Program-made: the position numbers and the translations under genes | IMG/VR virus record: IMGVR_UViG_3300043803_000951 | Coordinates: 4,473 to 68,472 of that record | Length of the DNA stretch: 64,000 nt | Origin: a virus | Strand: one strand, 5' to 3' | Shown here: positions 36,149-46,639 of the stretch, piece after piece | Layout: each line of letters starts with the position of its first letter | How positions within the stretch are numbered: position 1 is the stretch's first letter | The notes under the pieces: generated by a model | Databases searched by the model: none | The model's input: only the letters and a program-made list of their open reading frames with translations | Told to the model about the DNA's origin: nothing

Positions 36149-37798
36149 ATGTTGAAGATTCACCGCCAAGCTCCCGTAGGCCCACCTGACTCCATGTGGA
36201 AGCCATTGGCTGATGAGCGGGCCGCCAAGATTGCGCTGCTGGAGAAGCGGTTAATGGAGGAGGAAGAATCGGCCCCGCCGCCTTGGCCGACTGAGCGGAC
36301 CATCACCGTCATCCTCACCGTCCACGGGGACAAGCGGTTGCCAATGGCCAAGGAAGCCTACCGGTCCATATTGGCTGCTGGATTCAAGGCTGACCAGATT
36401 CGCATCTGCCTAACCCACCCTGCTGGTGTTGGATACGGGATGACGCTCTCCGCATTCCGGGATTGTGCCTGCGTTGACCAACTAGGCCCCATCGACAACA
36501 ACTCCGCATGGCTCCAATCCTGTGAGCGGGCCGAGTCCTCCCACATCATCATCCTCCACGACGATGACCTGATGAAGCCCGGCCTCGCGGACAAACTGCG
36601 GGAGCGGGATGATTGGGAGGTGGCTTACTGGGATGCGGACCTGATTGGGGATGTCCAATCGTCCGTCCGATACTTCAAGTGCAAGCCGGGAGTCTACAAC
36701 GGGCAGCTAGTCCGGGAGGTCCAGTCCGAAAATGAGCTGACCATCTCAACGATTCAGGGATGCTTTCCGCGCCACATAGCCATCGAAGCCTTCTCCCGTT
36801 TCCAGGGCGAATTCAACCAGCCTGAGTTCCAGTTCCGGCCCGGGATGTGGGTTGGGAATGACTTCCTGATCTGGTGGCTGGCCGGCGGCTCAAGCAAGGT
36901 CTGGATTGTTGGGGAGTCATTCAGTTGCTGCCGTGGTCACACAGGCTCAACAACCGCCATCGGGCTCCAGGATGGAAGGATTGCCCCGATGTATGGTGAG
37001 ATGAGGCGCCGGCTTGGGGCGATCCCCAAGAGGCGGGTCATTTTCGGCCACGCCTTCGGGGAGGTGGGAAAGTTCTGCCGCCACTTTGAATCCTTCAAGA
37101 CCCGCCATCAGGTGGTGTTCTTGTGCCACTCGGCAAGCCAAAGAATCCCATCCAACTCCAGCCGCGTAATCATCCCGGACTCAGGGCTGAAGATTCCACG
37201 GAACCCGGCCGTGTCCGTCTCCAACCACGCCTCGAAGTTCATCTTCCCGCAAGCCTGCAAGGCTGCCTTGGATGGGTTCGATGAGATGATGTGGGTGGAG
37301 ACGGACTGCCAGTTCTCGGGGGACAACTGGGACGATGTGTTGCGCCATGAGCACTCAGGCGCCGGGGATGTGGTTTGCTCCGGGACCCCGGTTATGTGGT
37401 CCACCTTCTACTCCAAGACCAAGACAGCCGCGGCAGCGATTGAATACGCCAGCAACTACCACAGGCTCACTGGCAGGGTTGCCGCCATCGAGGGCACCCT
37501 GAATGACAGTCCGTGTGTTTTCCCCAATGGAGCCTTGTCCTGGTATTCCCGGGAGCTGATGGATGAGTGCTTTGTGGCCCGGATGAAATCGGGGCTGGAG
37601 CAGTTCGCTTCCGGTGACCAGTTCGACCTTGAGTGCGGGAGATACATCTGGAGCCGGTTTGGCGAGAACTCCTTCAAGAAGGTTGGGATTACCCCCTCAT
37701 CCTACTCCGGCTGCGGGGACCACTGGTATAGCCTCAATGACCGCTTGCAAATGCTTTCCAGCGGTAAGATTGTCGCCGTCCATCAGGTCAAGTCATGA
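36149..37798 (+). CDS. Two-domain GT-A fold glycosyltransferase
   Basis: IIILHDDD and WVETDC DxD-like motifs; cluster context. Confidence 0.6.
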   Translation: MLKIHRQAPVGPPDSMWKPLADERAAKIALLEKRLMEEEESAPPPWPTERTITVILTVHGDKRLPMAKEAYRSILAAGFKADQIRICLTHPAGVGYGMTLSAFRDCACVDQLGPIDNNSAWLQSCERAESSHIIILHDDDLMKPGLADKLRERDDWEVAYWDADLIGDVQSSVRYFKCKPGVYNGQLVREVQSENELTISTIQGCFPRHIAIEAFSRFQGEFNQPEFQFRPGMWVGNDFLIWWLAGGSSKVWIVGESFSCCRGHTGSTTAIGLQDGRIAPMYGEMRRRLGAIPKRRVIFGHAFGEVGKFCRHFESFKTRHQVVFLCHSASQRIPSNSSRVIIPDSGLKIPRNPAVSVSNHASKFIFPQACKAALDGFDEMMWVETDCQFSGDNWDDVLRHEHSGAGDVVCSGTPVMWSTFYSKTKTAAAAIEYASNYHRLTGRVAAIEGTLNDSPCVFPNGALSWYSRELMDECFVARMKSGLEQFASGDQFDLECGRYIWSRFGENSFKKVGITPSSYSGCGDHWYSLNDRLQMLSSGKIVAVHQVKS

Positions 37799-38649
37799 AC
37801 AGAGTCCCCATTGAAACAACGGCCCCGACGCCCTACTTCAAGCGTCGCCTCTACGCCTTCACGTCCGACCATGGGGAAGCCGGGGCGACCCAGACTTCCG
37901 TGGCCAACCTGATGAAGGGGTGGGATGCGGACCTCTACCTGTTTGGCGGGGACAACGCCTACCCATCCGGCTCAGTAGCCCAAACCGCAGCAGCTTGGGC
38001 GGTGTGGGCTTCGGAGATCGCGAGCGAGAAAGTCTACGCAGCCCTCGGCAACCACGACCTCGACACGGATACGTGGCAGCCCCACGTCAACTTCTTCACC
38101 TACTTCCCTGGGAATCGCCGCTACTACTCCGTCCGGGACGGGAATGTGGAGTTCTTCATCCTGAACAGCGGCTACAATACAGCCGGGACGATGGTGGAGC
38201 CGGACGGCAACACTTCCACCAGCAACCAGAAGCAGTGGCTGGAAGCGGCCGTTGAAGCCTCGGATGCCCATTGGAAGATCGCCATCTTCCACCACCCCGC
38301 CTACACCTCCGGGGTTTCCTACGCTCCCGGGAAGACGGCGCTGCGGTGGGATTGGAGGAACCTAGGGATTGACCTCGTTCTGTCCGGCCACTCCCACAAC
38401 TACGAGCGCCTAATCATCGACGGGATGACGTATGTAGTGGCGGGGATTGGGGCAAAGTCCCTGGTCGCATTCGCAGCCACTCCGCTCACCGGAAGTCAAG
38501 TCCGGGACTACACCCACTACGGGGCGGTCAAGATCATCGACAACGGGGACGAACTGGACGTTGAGGCTTGGTCCACTGACTCCGTTCTTTTGGACAACTT
38601 CCAGCTATCGAAGGCTCCGTCAGACAAAACACCAGACTTGGTTGAATGA
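37795..38649 (+). CDS. Metallophosphoesterase (purple acid phosphatase-like)
   Basis: SDHG, GDNAY, GNHD, FHHP, SGHSHNYER. Confidence 0.9.
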   Translation: MNRVPIETTAPTPYFKRRLYAFTSDHGEAGATQTSVANLMKGWDADLYLFGGDNAYPSGSVAQTAAAWAVWASEIASEKVYAALGNHDLDTDTWQPHVNFFTYFPGNRRYYSVRDGNVEFFILNSGYNTAGTMVEPDGNTSTSNQKQWLEAAVEASDAHWKIAIFHHPAYTSGVSYAPGKTALRWDWRNLGIDLVLSGHSHNYERLIIDGMTYVVAGIGAKSLVAFAATPLTGSQVRDYTHYGAVKIIDNGDELDVEAWSTDSVLLDNFQLSKAPSDKTPDLVE

Positions 38650-39059
38650 AACCAATCTCCATCTACACCCTCAACCCAAAGCTGAAGGCGCTTGGGTTCC
38701 ATGAGATCAAACTGGCTGACTCCAGCTACGTCGCACCGTCCTATGGCTGGCTGAAAGAGTTCTCCGACTACCTGTTCCGTGGGTGCCCGCCATACTACCG
38801 GGAAACCTTCGACTGCGAGAACATTGCCCGCTGGGCGATGGCGGAAGCGGACAAGGCGCTGGTGGACTCGGGAACCCGTGATGCTGGCCACACATTCGGG
38901 GAGGCTACCGGAGTGATACAGGTGAATGAAAAGTTTGACAACCATACCCTCAACTTCTGCTACTGTGACGACGATGAAATCTACGTGGTCGATGCCAAAG
39001 CGGGCCTGCTGGCTCCTATTGCTGGCTACAACGCTGCTTGGTCTTCCTGCCGGCTGTAA
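38646..39059 (+). CDS. Papain/transglutaminase-like Cys-His-Asp protein
   Basis: FDCENIA...NHTLN...YVVD. Confidence 0.55.
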   Translation: MKPISIYTLNPKLKALGFHEIKLADSSYVAPSYGWLKEFSDYLFRGCPPYYRETFDCENIARWAMAEADKALVDSGTRDAGHTFGEATGVIQVNEKFDNHTLNFCYCDDDEIYVVDAKAGLLAPIAGYNAAWSSCRL

Positions 39060-39097
39060 GGCCACCGGGGACCGTCCGCCAACAATGCGCTGACTGC

Positions 39098-40072
39098 ATG
39101 AGCAACCTCCAGCTTCCACCCCCAATCTCCATCCAGGCCCATGAGCAGGGATTCGAGGCTGGAATCTTCAAGGCCAACGGAGGCCCGAACACCTACCTGT
39201 TCAACAACGCCTTCTTCCTGCGGGGTAAGAAGCTGTGGATGGCCGCCCGGCAGACCCACATGATCGGCGGGAGGTGGAGTGAGTGCATGAGTGACCTGAT
39301 GGCCTACCCGGTCAATGGGGACATGACGCTGGGAAGCCCGGAGTCCATCTACTACCCACGGCGTTCCCCATCCGAGAACATCGAGGACCCGCGGGTGATT
39401 CCATATGGGGACGGGTATCTGGTCAGCCTGTGTAGCTGGGAGCGGACACCGCGCCCTGAGAACGTGCAAGCCCAGCAGGTCTGCTGCTACATGGACGACC
39501 AGCTCCGCATTGAGAGTGTATGGACCCCGGAATATGGCAAGAACTCCGGTAGATTCGGTGGGAACATCGGCTTCGAGAAGAACTGGATTTGGTGGTTGGA
39601 CGCGGAAGGCCAGCTCTGCTTCACCTACATGACCCACCCCCACCACGTCGCCATCACGGACGGGCGGAAGGTCATCGCCTCCACCTCGGACGACTACGAC
39701 CATCGCTGGCTGTTTGGCCATATCCGCGGTGGGACTCCTCCCATCCAGATGGGGGACGAGTATGTGGTGGCCTTCCATTCCTCGCTGCCGTGGAAGTCGG
39801 TCCGCGGTCTGGGCCTGAGGATGAAATACTTCTTGAGCTTCCTCAGCTTCGAGCCGACCTACCCCTACAAGGTGAAGCGGATTTGCCGGCGCCCAATCCT
39901 GAGCGGGACGGACCAGGACCCGGTAATCCGGGAAAGCCCCGCAGTGGTGTTCCCGTGTGGGTTGGTGAAGATTGGGGACGATGCGCTGGTGAGCCTTGGC
40001 AGCAACGACATCTCCATGGGGTGGGCGAGGATTCCTCTCAAGCTGATCGACTCATGGATGGAGCCGGTGTGA
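39098..40072 (+). CDS. GH130-like five-bladed propeller glycosidase/phosphorylase
   Basis: EDPRV, EKNW, RGGTPP, FHS, VVFPCG. Confidence 0.75.
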   Translation: MSNLQLPPPISIQAHEQGFEAGIFKANGGPNTYLFNNAFFLRGKKLWMAARQTHMIGGRWSECMSDLMAYPVNGDMTLGSPESIYYPRRSPSENIEDPRVIPYGDGYLVSLCSWERTPRPENVQAQQVCCYMDDQLRIESVWTPEYGKNSGRFGGNIGFEKNWIWWLDAEGQLCFTYMTHPHHVAITDGRKVIASTSDDYDHRWLFGHIRGGTPPIQMGDEYVVAFHSSLPWKSVRGLGLRMKYFLSFLSFEPTYPYKVKRICRRPILSGTDQDPVIRESPAVVFPCGLVKIGDDALVSLGSNDISMGWARIPLKLIDSWMEPV

Positions 40073-40126
40073 GAGTTGTCTCTTGACGGCCAGTCCGTTC
40101 TGGATAACCGTAGCTCCGCCTTCTAA

Positions 40127-41086
40127 ATGAGCAACCACCTGACAATCGCCTGGATCACCAACCGGCTGGATGCCCGCCCGGAATACTTCCTCCACAGCCT
40201 CGCCAACGAACTGAATCGAACCCAGTTCAACCGGGACAACCTCACCATCCTGCTGGTGGACTTCCACCTCCACTATGATGGGGACCTGACCCGAAAGACC
40301 CTCTACTCGCTGCTCATCCAAGAGGCCGGGTTACAAGGCTTGGTCCGCCACGTCCCCACCGCCCCGTCTGTCTGGCAAGGCCCGCACAGGCTGACCAAGG
40401 AGGACCACTTCGACGCCGCAGCCGTCCGCAACGGGGCCGTGTGTTATGCCAAGGATGGCTACTTCGCCTGCGTGGACGATCTGAGCGTGATGCTGCCCGG
40501 CTGGCTGGATGGGGTGATTGAGGCCCAGAAGACCCACTACATCGCCTGCGGGGCCTACAAGAAGGTCAAGAAGCTGGTGGTCGAACGGGGAGTCGTGAAG
40601 TCCTTCGAGGAGAATCCGCCGGGGAATGACCATCGCCTCAACTACCCGACGATGTGGAAGTGGTGTAGTGGGCAGTGGATGTATGGGTGTAGCTTCGCGG
40701 CTCCTGTGGAAGCTATACTCAAGGTGAATGGTTGGCCGGCGTGGGATTGTGGGGGTATGTCCTACGAGGACGCCTTGCTCGGGGTAACAATGCAGCGCAA
40801 TGGATACCTGTTCAGATACGACCCAAGGATGATGACCTACGAATCCGACGAGTTGCATGGGCAAGGCAAACCGTTCCGGAGAGACGACCCCGGCGTAAGT
40901 CCGAATGACAAATCCCACGCACTTCTTGATAGGTGTAAAGGTTCTGTGCGCTTCCACAACGAGTTTGGGGAAGGTATCACATCGCTGGCCGACTTGCGGC
41001 AGCGAATCCTTGCTGGTCACCCATTCCCAATCCCCACCACCCCAACCCATGAGTGGTTCACCGGGAAGGCCCTGCCAGACCTATGA
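40127..41086 (+). CDS. GT-A fold glycosyltransferase (GT2/GT7-like)
   Basis: VRNGA...CVDD...KVNGW...YEDAL. Confidence 0.7.
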   Translation: MSNHLTIAWITNRLDARPEYFLHSLANELNRTQFNRDNLTILLVDFHLHYDGDLTRKTLYSLLIQEAGLQGLVRHVPTAPSVWQGPHRLTKEDHFDAAAVRNGAVCYAKDGYFACVDDLSVMLPGWLDGVIEAQKTHYIACGAYKKVKKLVVERGVVKSFEENPPGNDHRLNYPTMWKWCSGQWMYGCSFAAPVEAILKVNGWPAWDCGGMSYEDALLGVTMQRNGYLFRYDPRMMTYESDELHGQGKPFRRDDPGVSPNDKSHALLDRCKGSVRFHNEFGEGITSLADLRQRILAGHPFPIPTTPTHEWFTGKALPDL

Positions 41087-41694
41087 ACCCACCCACCTGC
41101 GTCATCACCCTGAAATCCCAGCCGGACCGCTGGACGCGCTGCTTCACCCACCTGAACGAGCGTGGCTACTGGGCGCAACCGTGGGCTGGGATTGACGCCG
41201 ATAAGATGGGGCTGGTTACGACCCACACCCATCGCCTTCCCGACGGCCGGGACTACACTCCACCTCCCTACCACGTAGGCTGCTGCCTGTCCCATTGGCT
41301 ACTCTGGCGCGATCTGTGGCGGAACTGGGGAGGCTCCTCCAACCCGGTTGCGGTGATGGAGGATGACGTGGAGCTGCGGGAAGACTGGGAGCCCATGCTG
41401 TATGCGGCCCTGAAGGACCTCCCGGACGACTGGGACATCCTGTTTGCCGGGAGCTGCAATGCAAAGTTCAACGGGGCAACCCACTACAAGGGCAACCTGT
41501 GGCAAGCCAAGGAGCCGCTATGCACCCACTTCTACCTCGTCCGCCCGAAAGCCCTGCCTGTCCTCATCGAATCCTGCGAACGCATCTACACCAAGATTGA
41601 CTGGGCGATTGTGGAGCAAGCCCTGCCGAAGCTGAATTCGTTCGTGGTCCTGCCAAGGATTGCCGGCCAACACGGGACTGAGCTGATCGAATGA
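41083..41694 (+). CDS. Glycosyltransferase family 25-like
   Basis: GCCLSHW, VMEDD, LPDDWDILFAG, CTHFY. Confidence 0.85.
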   Translation: MNPPTCVITLKSQPDRWTRCFTHLNERGYWAQPWAGIDADKMGLVTTHTHRLPDGRDYTPPPYHVGCCLSHWLLWRDLWRNWGGSSNPVAVMEDDVELREDWEPMLYAALKDLPDDWDILFAGSCNAKFNGATHYKGNLWQAKEPLCTHFYLVRPKALPVLIESCERIYTKIDWAIVEQALPKLNSFVVLPRIAGQHGTELIE

Positions 41695-41738
41695 GTTGCC
41701 CGTTGACAGCCGGCAACGGTTGACCAACCTATCCCAGA

Positions 41739-42386
41739 ATGAAGTTGCTTCCGCTCCCTGACGACCTGAAGGCCCATGTCCTTGCCCATTTCAATACCGT
41801 GACGGACGGGTGGTGCTGGGAAGACAAGGCCATCAAGCTGGCTGAGGTGGTGTGGACGCTGAAGCCGAAGCTGACCGTGGAGGTGGGGGTGTTTGGCGGG
41901 AAGTCCTTCATCCCCATGGCAGCCGTGGTGGCCCATCTGGACCAGAACACGGGGAACCATAGCGCGGTGGGGATTGATGCGTGGGCGGCTGCGGCTGCGC
42001 TGGAGAACAACCTCGGCACGGCGCATGAGCAATTCTGGAAAGATCAAGCCATGTTGGATGCCGTCCACGCCCGGGCAATCGGCCGGTGCAATGCGCTGGC
42101 CTGCCGGAACGTGAAGCTGGTCAAGGCTTGGTCCGCCAATGCGATCAACGATTTTGGGTCGGGTGAAATACAGGTCCTTAGTCTCGATAGCAATCATTCG
42201 GAAGAAACGTCGTCCCGAGACGTTATGACGTGGTGGGTGAAGCTGGCAAAGGGCGGAGTATTCATCTTCGACGACACCGCTTGGGAATCCCAGCAGAAGG
42301 CCGTCAACTGGCTCAAGGAGCGCGGGGAAGTCATCTGGGAATACAACCAGAACGGGAACTCGACGATGTTATTCCTTAAAAGCTAA
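41739..42386 (+). CDS. Class I SAM methyltransferase (Methyltransf_24-like)
   Basis: VEVGVFGGKS, GIDAW, LDSNH, GGVFIFDD. Confidence 0.85.
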   Translation: MKLLPLPDDLKAHVLAHFNTVTDGWCWEDKAIKLAEVVWTLKPKLTVEVGVFGGKSFIPMAAVVAHLDQNTGNHSAVGIDAWAAAAALENNLGTAHEQFWKDQAMLDAVHARAIGRCNALACRNVKLVKAWSANAINDFGSGEIQVLSLDSNHSEETSSRDVMTWWVKLAKGGVFIFDDTAWESQQKAVNWLKERGEVIWEYNQNGNSTMLFLKS

Positions 42387-42454
42387 TTTGGTTCGGAACG
42401 TGGCCGGGCAGGCTTTCGTGGAATTAACTGCCATCGGTCTGGAAATTCCGTTTA

Positions 42455-42503
42455 CGGGGCGCTTCTGGCTTATGCTTTCGCCGGTTAGCGCCCCGACCTT
42501 TTT
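42455..42503 (+). terminator. Terminator-like hairpin ending the glycan cluster
   Basis: CGGGGCGCT...AGCGCCCCG then TTTTT. Confidence 0.55.
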
Positions 42504-42542
42504 CGGCTTGCTCCTTTACCGATAACGACTGACTGTTCCCCC

Positions 42543-43232
42543 ATGGGCAGTCCAGTTGTATCAGGAGACATTGAGAGTCTCAATCTCTCGAACTCGTTGT
42601 GCGCGGAGGAACTCAAGCATCTGCGCCTTCGCGACCAGATGAAGGAGTTCCTTGACTGGTTCATCGACGAGACGGGCGACGTGAGCGATGCGTTCCTTGA
42701 GAACATTGCCGACAAGGTGACTCCAATCGGGACGATCCTGCTGTGGAGTTCAGCTACCCTCCCGTCCCCAAAATACCTGCTGTGCAACGGTCAGGCCATC
42801 AGCCGGACAACCTACGCTTCCCTGTTCGCCCGGATTGGCGTCATTTTCGGGGCCGGTGACAGCTCCACGACCTTCAACCTACCGAACCTGACCGACCGGG
42901 TTCCGGTGGGGATTGGCCAGCAATACACGATGGGGCAGCAGGTTGGCTCAAAGGAGGTGGCCCTGACCTCGGCGATGTTGCCGCTCCATTCCCACACCAT
43001 TCCAGTAAGGCGGGCGGATGCGGTTGAGTTTTTCGGAAGCTCGATGGCTAAACTGGAGGTTTTTCAAGTTTACAACAGTGGAACAACAACCCCAGTAGTG
43101 GACGGAGCTATATCTGGAAATAACCCAGAATCAGCTACGGTTACCACCGCCGAATCAGGCTCTGCAACCCCCACGAACGTAAACCTCCTCCAGCCTTCGC
43201 TGGGTGTGAACTTCATCATCAAGGTCCTGTAA
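42543..43232 (+). CDS. Phage tail collar domain protein
   Basis: PIGTILLW...YLLCNGQAISRTTYASLFARIG...TFNLPNL...QPSLGVNFIIK. Confidence 0.9.
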   Translation: MGSPVVSGDIESLNLSNSLCAEELKHLRLRDQMKEFLDWFIDETGDVSDAFLENIADKVTPIGTILLWSSATLPSPKYLLCNGQAISRTTYASLFARIGVIFGAGDSSTTFNLPNLTDRVPVGIGQQYTMGQQVGSKEVALTSAMLPLHSHTIPVRRADAVEFFGSSMAKLEVFQVYNSGTTTPVVDGAISGNNPESATVTTAESGSATPTNVNLLQPSLGVNFIIKVL

Positions 43233-45361
43233 TGGCTGCCCCCTGCAAGGACATCCTGCTGGAACCATTGGCCGGAGGGCTGGACCTAAAGAGCCAGTCC
43301 GGGGCCGTGGCGTTCGGCAACTTCCGCCTCATCCTCAACATGGATGGGTCGCGGCAAGAAAGTTGGTGCAGGCTCAATGGCTGGCGGCGTTACGGGTGGG
43401 ACCAAGAATGCGTCAACAACCTCGACCTCCACGACCAGATGGTGGATGGGTCGGGGTTCTACTCGACTCCCTACGACTACACCACGCCCGAGCGTCGGGT
43501 AACCATCGGTCAAGTTTTCAGTCAATGGAATGGGTCCTCTGGCTACGGCCAGCTACTCGATGTGGTGAAGACCGTCCCCGAGTCCACCGACGAGTATTGC
43601 GCTCCGGAGACTTACTACCTCGGCGGGCAATGCCGGGAAACCCCGACGCTGCTGGCCTCGGTAGCCTCCACCTCCGGCAAGCGTAGGCTGGTGGCTGGAA
43701 CCAAGTCCCGGCTGTATGCCAACGACGACAGCGGCGGGAACTGGACCATCATCGCGGACGGGCTGGGTGGGATACCCCTGTCGGGAGACTGCAACTGTGC
43801 GGACCGGCGGACCACGCTGGCCCAGCTTGGGAACACCGTCCTGTTCACCAACGGGATTGACCCGGTGATGGCTTGGGAGATCGGGGAGACAGCCACGGGC
43901 TGCTACTACTGGTCGGCCGACTTCATCACCGAGCTTCAGGCGATTGGTATTTCCTATGCCCAGACGATTGCCGTCTGGAACGGGTTCGTGTTTGTGGGGA
44001 ACGTGATGGATTCCGGAGCCATCCGGTCCAGCCGGCTCTACTGGAGCGACTACAACGACCCCTACTCTTGGATTCCCTCGGAGGATTCCCTGAGCGGGTT
44101 CCATGATTTTGGCCTTGGCGAGCAGATACGCTCCATGAAGCCCATCGGCGGGAGGCTCCGTATCTACACGGACAAGGCCATCTACGACTTGACCCCATCC
44201 AGCGACGCCACACTGGTCCACAACATCCAGGAAATCTACCGGGGCACCTCGATCCCCAAGTTTCCCCATGCGATTGTGGATACCGGGACAGCCCATGTGT
44301 GGCTGGGGGACGATGACATCTGGGGGATGAGCGAATACGACCGCTCCCCGCAGCGGGTGGAATGGATGAGGCTGGCCGGGGCTGCCATCTACAAGGGCAT
44401 CTCCTCGGAGTATCTGGCTGACCTACCAACGGGAATCCTTGGCAACTACGGCCCCATCAACAAGAGCCTGTGTTCGCTGGCTTCGGGCTGGTGGAACCCG
44501 ATTGACCAGTCCATCTGGTTCTCCTGGCCTTCAGCTTCTTCTACGTGCCCGAACCTGACGCTGGTGCTCTGGGCTTCAACCCAGAAGGCCACCATCATCG
44601 ACCACGGGATCACCGCCGCCACTACCCATCGTCCCGACACATCCCCATCGCTGCGGGATTGGTTGGGGACTAATGGGCTGTGTGACCCCGAAACCATCCG
44701 GGAAGCCAAGGAGGGGGTGCCTTGCCCGATTGAGTTTGTTGAAGGGAACTTTGACGGCCTCTTTAACGCTAACGAGTCCGCTTCTGACGGGGTGAGCGGG
44801 AGTTCCTTCTTCGGCCAGTTCTGCAACCTTACGGTGGCTGATCTGTGCGAGTCCTGTGATGCCGGGGAGCGGTGGTTGCTGGTGAGTGCCAGCGACAAGG
44901 GCATCAAGGAGTTCACGGACCAGACATATTCCCGGGAGCAAATCACCTCGGTTGATGAGGTTTCCTTCCCGGCTGTCGGGACTGCCACCTACGAGCAGGG
45001 GGGCTACGCCTCCTTGATGCAGTCGGATGCCACCAACTTCCGCACGAATACGGAGAAGATGGTGCAAGCCATTGCCGTGGAGTTCACTGCCGAGGACCAG
45101 ACCACCGCCGGCCAGCTCAACTGCGCCATCGGGACAGGCTCCCAGCCGAAGTGTTTGGACTGGGAAACATCGGACCCGGTTGATCTCGACTGCCTTGATG
45201 TAGATTCGACGGCGGGGACAAGGCCGATGGAGATTCCACGGTTCGCCTTCTGGTCCTCCGGGGTCCATGTGGCCTTCCGGTTGTGGACCACCGGCTCCGG
45301 GAATTCTTTTTGTATCAACAGCCTGACCATGAAGGGGCAGGGCATCAGCAAGTGCTGGTAG
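43232..45361 (+). CDS. Putative tail nozzle/stabilisation protein
   Basis: 709 aa beta-rich, RLYWSDYNDP.SW motif, precedes ejection genes. Confidence 0.65.
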   Translation: MAAPCKDILLEPLAGGLDLKSQSGAVAFGNFRLILNMDGSRQESWCRLNGWRRYGWDQECVNNLDLHDQMVDGSGFYSTPYDYTTPERRVTIGQVFSQWNGSSGYGQLLDVVKTVPESTDEYCAPETYYLGGQCRETPTLLASVASTSGKRRLVAGTKSRLYANDDSGGNWTIIADGLGGIPLSGDCNCADRRTTLAQLGNTVLFTNGIDPVMAWEIGETATGCYYWSADFITELQAIGISYAQTIAVWNGFVFVGNVMDSGAIRSSRLYWSDYNDPYSWIPSEDSLSGFHDFGLGEQIRSMKPIGGRLRIYTDKAIYDLTPSSDATLVHNIQEIYRGTSIPKFPHAIVDTGTAHVWLGDDDIWGMSEYDRSPQRVEWMRLAGAAIYKGISSEYLADLPTGILGNYGPINKSLCSLASGWWNPIDQSIWFSWPSASSTCPNLTLVLWASTQKATIIDHGITAATTHRPDTSPSLRDWLGTNGLCDPETIREAKEGVPCPIEFVEGNFDGLFNANESASDGVSGSSFFGQFCNLTVADLCESCDAGERWLLVSASDKGIKEFTDQTYSREQITSVDEVSFPAVGTATYEQGGYASLMQSDATNFRTNTEKMVQAIAVEFTAEDQTTAGQLNCAIGTGSQPKCLDWETSDPVDLDCLDVDSTAGTRPMEIPRFAFWSSGVHVAFRLWTTGSGNSFCINSLTMKGQGISKCW

Positions 45362-45388
45362 TCGTTAGCGATAAAGTTATTGCATTCC

Positions 45389-45592
45389 ATGGCAACCAAT
45401 CTGAATCTGAGGCGGACGGTGGCCAAACCAGAGGCGGCTGAGGAGTTTTCCTTGGAGCCCCTACCCGAACTGCCAATCGCCCTGCGTAACCGGCTGCCCG
45501 ATCTGGAGCTATGGGTGAAGCAGGTGCGGGGAAGGGACGAACGGAACGGGGCTCGGCTGCGGGCTATCTTGGTGAATCTGAAGGGGGAATAA
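45389..45592 (+). CDS. Small hypothetical protein
   Basis: Fills gap before ejection genes. Confidence 0.45.
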   Translation: MATNLNLRRTVAKPEAAEEFSLEPLPELPIALRNRLPDLELWVKQVRGRDERNGARLRAILVNLKGE

Positions 45593-45595
45593 TCT

Positions 45596-46627
45596 ATGGC
45601 ATTCAAGGACCCGCTTTTTAGCGCAATCGATATGTTCGGTGGAAAGACCGAATATGAGCCCCTCTATTACTCCAAGCCGCTGAAGCAGGCCACGGAAGAC
45701 TCCATCTCCCAGATGGCCGTGGACCGGGCTGGCTACAACCGGGACATCGGCAACATCGAGGGAGAGGTGGCAGGTGCCCAAGCCCTCTACAAGCAGATCA
45801 CCCCCGAGGACGTATCCACGTTGGGCCGCATCGCCCAGCAATCCTCGATTAACCCGCAGGACCTGTTCGATGTGCTAGCCTCCCGCTACCAAGGGATGGC
45901 TGACTCCTCGCTGGCCAAGCTGAACGCGGGTGGGCTGAGTGCGCTGGACAAGCTGAACCTCAGCCGGTCGGGCCGGGGAGGACGCGGGAATGCCCGTAGC
46001 CGCTACGAGAACATCCTGTCCGCCAACCGGTTCTCCCAGTCGGCAGTTCCTCTTTTCAGTCAGGCAATGGGGTCTGTCACGCCCGCCGTCACCGCTCTCT
46101 CCAACGTGGGTGCCCAGAACGCCCGGACGGCCATGGACGCCATCTCCCAGCGGGGCAACCTGCCGCTGCGTGGGGTGGGTCTTTCCTTCCTGCCGATGGA
46201 TGCGAGGGGTCAAGCCTCGAACACGCAGGCAGACCTCCTCGGGAAGATCGGGGCTGCGAACGTCGCCAACATCTTCGGCATCGAGTCCAAGGACAACTTC
46301 GCCCGGAAGCTCGGGAAGTATGGGAATGAACAGGCTGGCCAGATCATGGACCTCGCCAAGTCCGCAGCCTCCATGTATTTCACCGGAGGTTTGGGCGGGA
46401 TGGGTGGGATGGGTGGGGGTGGTGGTGAGGGTGGTGGTGGATTCAGCCAAATCTTCGGAATGCTCAACAAGGGTAAGGGTGGTGGCGGCCAACAGCAAGG
46501 CGGCTACATCCCCTCCTACACGCCCGTCTACCAGCCCCAGCAGTATCAGCAGCCCAGTTTCGGATACAGCACACCGGCCTACGGGCAGCAGCAGCAACCT
46601 GGCTACTCCGGCTACTTCGGAGGCTAA
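45596..46627 (+). CDS. Putative internal virion/ejection protein
   Basis: A/G/Q-rich, Gly-rich hydrophobic segment, no Cys. Confidence 0.6.
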   Translation: MAFKDPLFSAIDMFGGKTEYEPLYYSKPLKQATEDSISQMAVDRAGYNRDIGNIEGEVAGAQALYKQITPEDVSTLGRIAQQSSINPQDLFDVLASRYQGMADSSLAKLNAGGLSALDKLNLSRSGRGGRGNARSRYENILSANRFSQSAVPLFSQAMGSVTPAVTALSNVGAQNARTAMDAISQRGNLPLRGVGLSFLPMDARGQASNTQADLLGKIGAANVANIFGIESKDNFARKLGKYGNEQAGQIMDLAKSAASMYFTGGLGGMGGMGGGGGEGGGGFSQIFGMLNKGKGGGGQQQGGYIPSYTPVYQPQQYQQPSFGYSTPAYGQQQQPGYSGYFGG

Positions 46628-46639
46628 CCGCTAAATCTT

